IMG/VR virus record: IMGVR_UViG_3300020294_000012
Span: 1-37,278 of that record
DNA: 37,278 bases
Direction: 5' to 3' (one strand)
Source of the DNA: a virus
Lineage: Duplodnaviria > Caudoviricetes
The translations under genes and the position numbers were made by a program. The notes below the pieces were generated by a model. It was not told the origin of the DNA. It saw only the letters and a list, made by a program, of their open reading frames with translations, and made no database searches. Below are positions 18,501 through 30,500 of the stretch, in pieces. Every line of letters begins with the position of its first letter. The first letter of the stretch is position 1.

Positions 18501-21500
18501 GAGCAACTATAGCAGTAACTACAGCACCTGTTCCACCACCACCGCCAGGACCAACATTAGTCAATAGGGTGTTTTGTGAGGCTGAAATTATAGGTAAGAA
18601 TGTATCATATGCTGGATCAGTTGCTCTTGGATATGGATGAGTACCAATAAAATTATCTTTTGAACACTTGAATATTAAAGAATTCTCTTCAATCTTCAAT
18701 GATTTAGTAGCAGTTACCGCATTTGGTATAGAAGATGCGTAAGTGTGAGTATATCCACCACCAGACTTAACAGCATTTGCTGTAGCACTAACAAATGTGT
18801 GAGCATCTGTGTTTGTTGAAGGTACAGTAGTTAATACCTGTAAAGTAATTGTAGTTGCAGTTACTGATTGTATTGGAATGGCAGTATTGTAATAAGGATC
18901 ATTACCATTTGATCTTGGATATGCCTTTTCAGCAGCAGCACCAGTAGCACCATTATATCCACAACTAAAGGTAATTGACTCTTCTTCTAACCTAACACTT
19001 GTACCAGCCTTTAAACTATGAGCACCAATTTCAAGAACCATCAATCCTGTAGTAGGATCATATGTTGTACCAGTAGTTGGTGTATGTCCAACTAATGGAC
19101 TTGTACCAACATTAACTTCAAACTGAGTAGCAGTAGCATTAGAAACTAATAGGAATTTACCTCTAGCTGGATCTGTAGATCTTGGATATACATGATCTGT
19201 ACTATTATTATCCATAGTACACCTAAATGTAATCGCATTATCAGCAAATTTAACTTGCTCATTATTAATGAATACTCTTGGAGCAAATACTGCTCCAGCA
19301 GTAGCACTAACAAATGTATGAGGATCAGTATTTGTAGAAGGAGTTGTTGACAATACCTTTACAGTAATTGTTTTTTCGACTAAATCTACAGCAATAATAT
19401 CTAAGAATGTATCATATGCTGGATCAGCACCTCCACCAGGATTACCTGTTCCAGATGATCTAGGATATGATTTTTGGGCAGCAGCACCAGTAGCACCACC
19501 AAATCCACAACTAAATGTGATTGAATTTGGTGCTAACTTAATTTTATCGTTGGTAGTCAATGTATGAGTACCAATCGTCAAAACCATATTACCTGTTGTT
19601 GGGTTATATGTAGCATCACTAACATCGTAATTTGAACCAGCACTAACAGTTAAAACACCTGTAGTAGCATTGTAAGAAGCAGTATTAATGTTTAAATCTT
19701 TTGCTGTTTCTATACCATGCTCTTCTGTTGTCAATAATAAATCTCCAGTTTCAGAATTATAATCTGCCTTCAAAGGTGTTAAATTCTGTCCCATAAATCC
19801 ACCAGTGTATGCTGTAATAGCATCTGTACTAGCACTTATAAACTTATGAAGATAATTAATATCAGTAACACCAATAGAAACTGGTTCACGATATCCAGAT
19901 CCTGGTGTCAATTCATCATAGAATGCGTATACATCACCGCCCTTCAGATAAGTATGAGGAATACTATTAATACCAACATTAACTTGGAAACTTCTTTCTG
20001 AAGATACACCAACTAATGGAAGAGATCTTTCATGATCTTGGAATATTGAAGTAGTAACTCCAACATAATTTAAACTAAGAACAGCATTTGGAGTAGCAGA
20101 TACGAATGTATGTGCGTCTGTATTGGTCGGTGTTACACCAAACAATACATTTACCTTAAAGGTATTTGTAGTAACGTCAGAGACGTACATATACCTATCA
20201 TAAGCAGGATCAGTCTTTCTAGGATATGCCTTTTCAGCAGCAGCACCAGTAGCACCATTATATCCACAACTAAAGGTAATTGACTCTTCTTCTAACTTAA
20301 TTGCATCGCCATTATTAAGTCCATGATTAGCAATTGTTATTACCATATCACCTGTCGATGGATTGTATGTTGTACCAGTAGTAGGAGTACCAATCGCATA
20401 GGTTGGGCAGGTAAAGTGTAAACCTTCCAACTTAACAGTTTCTGGACTTTCTAGAGCAAATCCATGAACTTTATTAGTGGTAACAGTTATGATACCAGTT
20501 ACAGCATCATAATGAGCAGTCTCAATACCAGATCCAATAGGACCTATCGAAGAAGCGATACTAACAACACTATCAATAACACCATTAGTTGAATTAGCTA
20601 AAAGTCTAGCACCAACTAAAGGAGCATATCCAACACCAGGAGTTGATCCCATAGAAACTATTAGACCACCTCTTGGTAATTGATTTTGATTAATATCAAA
20701 TTCGGATTGTATTAACTGTCCGTTCTCAGAACTAATACCAGTAAAAGTAACGCTAGAAATTCCTGTAGTATCATTTGCTTCAATTTCATAATTATTACCT
20801 AAATTATTCAATGTTAATGGTGTTTGGAAAACTCCGTTAATGAATACAATTCCATTTCCAACACTAACTCCACTGGAAGTATTAGCACCACCAACAGTCA
20901 ATGTATATGTTCTTCCTATTCCAGTAAATGAATCTGAAATATCATCAAATACCATATTGGTATCATAATTTGATCTTAAGAAAGTTCTTCCGTTATATTC
21001 TGCCTTAACATAAGGTATGTTTGTAGCATTTCTTCTTGCTCTTGTATTACCTTTAGGTGGACTTAAGAACCAAGCAGTACTATCAATAATGTTAAATGAT
21101 CCCCTAAAGATTCTTACTTCAGCATTAGCAGCATGAGATACTTTTGCAGAACCTAAAGATCCTCTTGCTACTAGTACTTCAGGTATATCACCATCAGTTG
21201 AATTTATTGCAGAGAATGGAGTAGCACCTGTTAATGTTGTAAATCCAACTTGCTCCACTTTCATATATTCATTATCAATTTTAATTACATCTAAAGGTTG
21301 TACTGAACTAATACCACTTATAGCAAATTGATCTTTATCGAATGTATTTCCAATACCAATATTATTAGTTAAACTATGCTTTATAGAAGTATACGTAATT
21401 GGTTGCTGAACAATTCCATCAAGTCCAATGACAGTCTTACTCAAAACCTTAGTCATATTAAGTTTATGAGCATTACCAGATCCACTACTGGTTATCTCAA

Positions 21501-24500
21501 TAGGAGTACCATTCTCAATATATTCTTTTCTACTAAAGAGTTGGAAAGAATCAGAATCCTTAACTTTAACAAATACTTTAGATGGCATTGTAGTAACTAA
21601 GTTACTATCAGCATCCAATGTAGCAGCAATACCTACAGAAACTGCTGGTACACCAATGAATGTAGATCCTGCAGCATATTCTATTTCTTCATTGGTATTA
21701 AAGAAATGATTTGGTATACTAAACGTAGTACCAGCACCAGCACTTGAAATAATTCGAGTACTATCTGAGGGATTAAACTTCTTACTGTATACTGGAATTC
21801 CTTGATATGTTAGATTGAAATTAACTTTATTACCTCTTGTACCGTTTATTCCATCGTAAGATGATAATAAAAGATCTGAAGTTACTGGACCAAACTGTAA
21901 TGGAGTTGGTTCATTGACAAAATCGTTAAATGTATATAATACTTCATTGAATGATTGAACTTCTACTAAACCAGTAACAGAGGAATCTGGATAAAATATT
22001 AGATTTATATCATTGGATGTAGTTTCTGATCCAAATGTTCCTAATCCAGTCTGACTTCCAACATGTGGGTATTGAACAGTAACTGCATCATTATTTTGAT
22101 CATGTAAAAGAATTGGTTGATGTATAGCAAATTCTGATCCATAACTAACTTTTACAATTGAACGTACAGTACTGTCAATATCCCTGTCTATAGACGCTAC
22201 AGTTACCCCTACACCAAGTGTAGTTGAATTATATGTTGATTCATATCTAGCACTTCTTTCTGCCCCTGCTGGTTGTCCTTCTAGGTTAAATCTGTATGTA
22301 CCGATACCTGCTGTAGTGGTTCCTAAACCAACAATATTAGCACTTACTATTAAATCAGAATTTCTTTCATTAATACAATCAAACTTAATTACTCCACTAT
22401 CATAACTAGCGGTCAAGAGTCCAACAGTTCCTTTATCAACTTGACTGAATGATACTTGAGATAAATCAGCATATAATTGTGATATTGATACCTCTTGTCC
22501 TTGAACATTAACTAATGCCTCAGTATAATCCAATTCTCCAGTAACATTATCCTTTGAAACAACATTTGCGTAAAAAGCATTACAATCAGTTTCAGAAAAT
22601 TCTCTAATAGTTGTAGTAGTAACTCCAATAGGAATAGCAGGTCTTCCTATTTCACTACCAACAAATCCAAGTTGATCAGTACTTGCTAATGTTTGAACTT
22701 GAATTGGAGCAAGAGTTGGTTGATTTGTAGGACTAGTAGGATCTACGATTCTAAGTTTAGCAGTACTTGCATCAACAACATTTAGAATTTCAGTCCTATC
22801 AGCAACACCTGGTCCTGATAATGTAGTTCCTGCCCCAATAATAGGGATGGTATTGCCATTAATATCTTTAATTTCAATACCATTTACTCTCTTCTTAGAT
22901 GTTAGGTCAAAATCATTAGTTGTTAAAGTATCTCCAGAAATACTACCACTAAATGTGGTTCTACCTACAGCAACAGAAACATTTGTACCAACTAACTCAA
23001 CAGATCCAATATCTTTGACACCAGTTGAAGCAACATCAGTATTGAATGAGGTTTTTATTATTTTAATATCATGATCCTTATTAAATGCCTCAGTTGGAGT
23101 AAATTGTAGAGTCTTTCTATTAAAGAAATCTACATCTGCTTCAAAGTTTCCTAATCTAATACCAGTAAAGTCGGTTGTTTTTTCTAATAAGTAAGCATTA
23201 TCAGTTGATGATAAAACAATTAGATCACTAACCTGAACATCAAAACTATCTGGATCAACTATCTGTACAAAATAACGAGCATAATTCGCATTTATTTCTT
23301 CAATTTCAGTAAATAAATCCTGACTTCCCTTACTAGAGAATCTACCACTAATATCATCATGTAATAGTACTCTATTAGTTTTACACTTAGTATAATCAGT
23401 TAATTTTACATTTTGGAAATCAATAGTTTTAGAATTTCTACCTCTAGGATAAAAATCAATACCAAGATCAAAATTATTAACAGTATCAACTCTTCTCTCA
23501 TTTACAACATCAAGAACCAAAGTTGGTGTTGTAAAGAATGTACTACCGATACCAACATTTATATTTGTTGTTAAAACAGTATCAGCAAAGTTTTTAAGAC
23601 CTGAAGGATGTACTAACCTATTAACTGGATCTACAAAATCTTCCCAAGTCTTTTCACTCTGAATTGAATATGAAAGGTTTTGGAAATAGTCATTGTTTGG
23701 TATTACTTGGAAATCTTCACTTAACTTACCAATATTATCATTCCATCCAAGATTTTGTATACTTGAGAAATCTACGTTAAATTTTGCAGGACTTGAAATT
23801 ACATCAATAACAGTAGCAGATGTTCCAGAACTTTCTCCTGTTATTCTGTCACCAGTAGTTAAACTATCAAGACCTTGTATTTTAATAAAATCTTCTCTAG
23901 ATTCTTTTACAATAATATCTTTGATTACGAATGAATTTGCCTCTTTTACAAGAAGATTTTCACCTAAAGCAAAATCAGATCTCTTTTGGTTTGTTTCAAA
24001 TGTAGGATAGTTATTACGATTTACAACATTTGCATAACCAGATTGATATGTCTTAGCAATTCCTGGATTTGTGGTTAATCCTACCAAATCAAATTCTAGA
24101 ACATCTGGGTTTGCTGATGAATAAGAAGTAACTTTAAAGAACCTATAATCATAATTTGATGAATTATAACCATCACCAGAAATAGTAGTAACTCCAACAG
24201 AAGATGATTGCTGCGTTCCAATGCCAGCAGGATCCTCTCCAAAGAGTTGAATGCCTTCAACAAATATTTCATCATTAACATCAAATGGAGGTGTTACATA
24301 CCCATTAATAGGGGTTTCCATAACACATCTGACAAGAGTGCCATTAGTCGTCATTGAAACGATACCAATTCCATTTGAATTGTTAATAGCAATTACCCTA
24401 TGATTTACAGAATTTAATCCTTTAATAGGTGCTATAACATTTACATCAGATATTGATTGATAAGGAGCAAAACATTCTAATGAAGTGGTATCAACAACTT

Positions 24501-27500
24501 CTTTACTTTCTGGATTAAACAGTATTAAATCTGGTGGATTTAGATAGTCTGTGCCACCATCAATAATAGTAATATTCTCAATTACATCCAAATCATCAAC
24601 TCTAACGATTGGTGGTATATAAGCTTCTGGTCTTAATGTCTTATCAGAAGAATACTCAAACCCAATATCAATTATTCTAAGATTATTAACTCTTCCTATA
24701 GAAGTTGATAAAGCAACAATATTAGCATTTTCACCATCAACACTAGTAACTGAAGTAAATCCAGGTACACTCTTATAACTAAATCCTTCAGAGATTAATT
24801 TAACACTCTTTATAGCACCGCTTACTGTTTTAGATTTACTAGAATATTCTAATACATCACACTGATCAGATTCATATGTTAAAACTTCTGGTACAGATCT
24901 AGGGGAAATTTTAAATGTTTCATTATCAACATCAAAAACTCTAAATTCTCCAGAATATGAACTATCAACAAAGGTAATTTCTGAGTAATTAAGAACATCA
25001 GTATCTGCTGTGCTGATATATCCACCCTTTTCTAAAGCATAGTATAATTTAGATGGAACTGCTGTAGAGAATCCAATTGATACTGCAGCACCAACATTTG
25101 GACTCGATAAAAATGTTCCTACACCAACTGTTCCTACACCACTAATTGTGAATGAACCTGCTATATTTTCTGATGGATCATATTTTGTAGCATTTTTAAA
25201 TTCGTTTTTAAATTCTTTATCATAGAAGAATTTGAGTTCATATCCAGGTAAAGAAGTTGAACCCATACCAAAGGTTAAATTAGCATTCTTAACTACTCTT
25301 ATTGGTGGATTAATTAATGATATACTATGCCCAGATCCAGCAGAATCAAATTTAACTATTTGAGGAGCGTCTGATAGAGAATCATTTAAAGTTTCACATA
25401 GATTAATTTTATTTGAATCAATTACATTAACATAATAAGAACTAGTTACTCCAGTAATAGGATCAGAACTTTCATAGAAAACTTTATCTCCAGTTTTTAA
25501 TCCATGATCAGATATTGTTATTTGATTCTTTATAATATCAACATCAGATCCTTCAAATCCAAGTGAATTTATCAACAATTTAGCATGTGTTTCATTAACA
25601 CTGACTGTTAGTGGGGCAGTTGATCCTAATCCAACTACAGTATTTGGATTTACTTCCAAATCAATAATGTCACCAACATGTAGTCCATGTGTTGTAGTAT
25701 TTGCTAATCCTATTTGAGTAGTAACAGTTGATATTATCCTATCAATATTACCAGTCAACTTAGTATAATCAGACTTAATCAAATATTGATAATTATCATC
25801 AGCATTACCATAGAAGAATAAACCACTCTCACTTTTTGCAGCACCTACATTAGTAGCAAATCCAATATTATTTGGACCTTTATCAATAACATATAGTTCA
25901 GAAACAGCACTTGATTGATCTGGAATATAGAATTGGTTTGATGCGTCATCATCCCTACTTACCAATAAAGAAGTAGCAGCTAATGGTTTTGAAAACTTAA
26001 CTCGTTGTCCTGATGTAAATGGGTGATTTGGTAAGTAAATACTTTGTTGAGCAATATTTACAGACTTTGTTGTTTCACCTACAACATAATCAACAACAGA
26101 TCCACTAGTAGTACCCAATCCAACTGCTTGTCTTGTATTGAGGTAAACTAAATCATCTAATCTAGATTCAAAATAATCAGAATTGACTGGGATACTAATA
26201 CGATTATTCAATACATCTATACTTGATCCAAATGTATGAGCTATACCAGTATTAAATCTTTGAACTCTTATTATCTTTTCTACTTCATATAAGTTTAATA
26301 CTTTAAGAACTTCATCACCAACTCTTAAAGATCCTCCAATAGCAACTGTATTTGGTATCTTATTAACATAAATGTCCTCAGTTACTCCACCTGAATTATT
26401 ATTCAGAGTCATTGATTTTGCTAATCCAATCCTATCAGTGCTAACACCAACTTTAAATGAATTGTTAAGTTCATAATTTGATGTACTTAACCCTGAAACT
26501 AATACAGTATCCTGATCATTTAATTCTATTTTTGGAATATAATGTGCTGTTACTTCATTAGCACTATTCCAAATAAATGTAGCATTTTCAAATGTAGTTA
26601 ATTGGGTCTTAATATTGGAAACACCAATACCAATTATTCTATCAACTTGTCCTCTAGCACCACTACCGTTAGTACCATCATTATTAAATGTAGTGAAATC
26701 TCCTACCTTATAACCTTTACCACCATCTAAAACTTGGAAACTATCAACAATACCTTTAGTTACAGACTCTACAACAGATTTTTGACTAATAATTTCATTT
26801 GATTCTACTATAAAATCATTATCCGCAAATCTATCATTAACTTTATATGGTAAAGTATTTCTAGAAAGAGTTGAACTATTAAAGTCAAAAGATTGATTTA
26901 AGTAATCATTTTCTGAAATAAATGGTAAACGATAAGATTTTCCAATGAAATATGGATATATTGGATTATTAATAGTATCTAAGGTAGCAAAGTACGCATA
27001 AACACCATTAGGAAATTCAGGAGTTTTACCGAATCTACCATTATACTCATCTAAATCACCACTACCGTCAAATACATAATCTTTAATAAAGAAACCACTT
27101 TCTTCATTTGGTCTATCAAACCAATTAGTATCAATACTATATCCAGATTCTAATCGTTTTACTTGACTAATATCATCAGGATCAGAATATCCAAACCCAC
27201 CATATATTGGATTTCCATCATATGCCCATCCAATCAAAGGAGAATGAGTTCCTATTCCAGTAGTTGCGTCTACACCAGAATCGTTAAAAGATTCTCTCAA
27301 CTTCTGATAGTAACTATTAACACCATAATATAAGTCGTTATCACCTACTGGTTCTAAATGTACATCATTTTCTCTCTTAATATTGTCAATTTCCAATTCT
27401 CTTACTCTAGCGTTTAGTAAACCATTTTTTCCTCTAGGTTCTACGTAAACATTAGTTCCTGTACTAGAATATCCTATTCCTGGATTAATAACAATAATAT

Positions 27501-30500
27501 CCTGCAATCTACCATCAGATATTATTGGTTTTAATATAGCACCACTACCTTCTGTAGCATCTATTTTTAGAATAGGTAGTGAATTATATTGATCACCTTT
27601 ATTTTTGACTATAACATCTATTAATCTTCCACGTTCTACTACAGTATCTACTTCAGCATCTTTACCATTTTGAATATCAACAGATGGTGAAGACTTATGG
27701 TTAATGATAGTAGATCCATAATTACATCCTTGATCATAAGTATAGGTTCCAATAATCTCACCAGTAACTATAGGAGTAAGTTTACCATCAAATGATCCAC
27801 CAATTTCATTATCAAAAATAGCATTTACTGTTATTTCAATATCAGGATACTTAAATATCTGATATCCAGATCCTTGAGATATTAAATTAATATATTTTCC
27901 TCTTTGAATATCAACTTTTGTTGTTGCTCCAATTCCAGCATTTGTTAACCTGAAAGAATCATTATCAATTTTTAACGCATGATAGAAATTTGTGGTTGAT
28001 GTTATACCTGTGGATACAGTTAAACCTTCAATTGAGGTTCCATCAGTCAAATATTCAACAATATCACCAGTTCTGAACCCATGATTCTTAAAGTTTATAG
28101 TATCAAAAGAAGTTGAAATACCTGAAGATGGTACTGGTAATTTCCTATATTGAAAATCTTGACCAGGATTCAATACTTTAACCGATCTTAAAGTATTCTT
28201 GGATTCTGTTCTAAATTTATGGAAACCAGCAGCAGTGGTTGCTGTAGAAAATCCTATTGTATTAATACCAGTTACACCAAATAAGGCATCATCAGGTCTT
28301 TTGAATAGATAAATTCTAGTTGGATTAATAACTCTAACAAAATATGGTGCTCCATTTACAAGATATTCTGTTACATTTGTACTTGCTTCTTTAAATGCAG
28401 TTATTCCAATTGGATTTTGTCCATTATTGTTGTAATATACCTTTTGACCATTTACAAAATTATGTTTACCTGTAAATGTAATAGTCTCTTCTTGTATATC
28501 CAATCCACCATTGAAGAATATATCTCTACTATTAAACTCAACTTCTCTAAATCTAGGTCCAGTAACAGGTTCTAAGAAACAATCTCTACCATTACCACCT
28601 GTTAGTGTTACTGATAATACTTTAGAAACATCAAAATCCTGTTCCTCTACTAATATTTCTTCTACAGAACCCTTAATAATTGGTTCAACTAAAGCAGTTG
28701 TACCTATACCAACAATTCCTTCAACTACAACTTTTGGTGGGTTGGCAATATCATACCCAGTTCCCGAATTATATACCTCAGTTTGTTCAATTGTACCGTA
28801 AGAAACGGTATCTACTGAAGTATTAGTTCTTATTTGAGTACCATCTATTAATAATCCAATATTTTTTGCTGGTTTTTCATTCTTTGTTGTAATCTTTAAA
28901 TCCTGACTAAGAGGAAACTTTCTTAAAATTGGATTTTTTACGATTTTTTTATTATATTGATCTGCAATAGTAAAGGTATGTGTTGCTATTATCGCAGCAG
29001 ATGGTTGTGCCTGTTGAGTAGGTGAACTGATAAGTATTGACTGATCTGTTTCTATAGCATTAATACTAGAATATAATTTTATTGACTTCTTATCATCCAA
29101 TACTCTAACAAAATATGATTCACCTTCTGTTAAACCACTAAATGCCTTTGAAGAGTCTGATGTTGTATAAACTACAGAATCTCCAGTAAAGAATTTAGTT
29201 TCAGCAGCAAATTTAACTGTAGATATGCCAGCAATTGTATCTGCTGAAAGACCTGTTCCTTGCTGTGAAGAACTAACAGGTTCTACATCAATTTGTGTGC
29301 TTGGTAATGAGTTTGAAGCAACATAACCAAACTTATCACCATCAACATATACGTTTAAAATATCAGATAAAACATTTCCAGTTCCATCTACATTCTGATA
29401 ACTATCAGATAAAGCAATTCCAACTTGATTGGCAGAATTATAAGTTGTTTTCTGTAGATTTCTCCTTATATCATAATCACCAAGAGGACTTGGTTCATTG
29501 GGTATAAAGTTAATACCATCAGCAGTAAATGAATAATCAGTATCTATTCTCTTAACTATACCACCACCAACTCTTTTATTTGATTTTCTACGTGTTATAT
29601 CAAAACTATCACCAATTTTTAAACTAGACCTATCAATCTTACTTAATAAGACAAAAGTGTTATTAGAAACACTACCAGACACTTGATATCTAGAACTAGT
29701 ATTATAAATCCAAGAGTTTGTAAAAATTTGCTTATATGTTTGAGTTGTTTCTGGATTTGATACAATCTCTCCAACATTTTTTACTAATATTTCCTGACCT
29801 TCGGTGACAAGTGAAACATCTCCATCTGGAACAAATTTTGAAATTACACCAGTAATCCTTAAATCAACCCTCTTAGATAAATCACCATCTTCATAACCAA
29901 ATATAGTTTCATTTGATCTTACATCTGTAGCAATTCCTATATTATTGGTTATACCACTACAACCAAAGAATTGATTAACTGTCTTAGATTCATAAGCAAC
30001 TGTTTGTTTATTTGAATCTACATCCTCTACAATAAAAGTACCACTTTGATCAAATCCAATAGTTGTATCAACTGGAACTATTGTAGAGTCTTTTTCAACT
30101 TCTTCTAATACCTTTGATTTACCTGGTATAGTAAAGATACCTTGTATAAGATCTCTATCACTAAATCCTACAAATAATGAGACTTTATAGTATGTTTTAT
30201 TATCTCTTGTTATAATTTCTACTTCCGATACTGAAGCATTGGTTTCTAAATCTGTCGATTTAAATATTGTTTGACCAACTAACTTAGAAGGATCACCACT
30301 GATACCTTCTGCTACAATAACTTCCCTACGAATATATTCAGCACTTGATGGTTTTATTAAACGTTCTTCTAAATCTATTACATTTGCTTCTACACCAAAT
30401 AATACTTTAAATAAAATCTTTATAGATTCTGCAATTCCCTTTGATTGATAGAATGATCTAGCAGTTTTAATAAAGTTACCAACATCTAAACCTTCTGCAA

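Larger units (their letters stand above)
17560..20525 (-). repeat. Array of nine ~110-aa domains within gp7, arranged as nested insertions
   Basis: Nine N-half motifs (YxxxxG plus a hydrophobic strand, usually followed by H) and nine FxC motifs, eight followed by YPR...DP. The order fits nesting rather than tandem arrangement. Confidence 0.85.

Noticed and set aside
18917-20296. 75-bp repeat pair as the template and variable repeats of a diversity-generating retroelement
   Set aside because: The copies are identical with no adenine-specific mismatches, both lie in frame mid-gene, and no reverse transcriptase is present in the window.
17560-20525. Repeat region as a CRISPR array or intein series
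   Set aside because: The repeats are protein-level and irregularly spaced. The inserted modules lack intein termini (N-terminal C/S, C-terminal HN followed by C/S/T) and endonuclease motifs.
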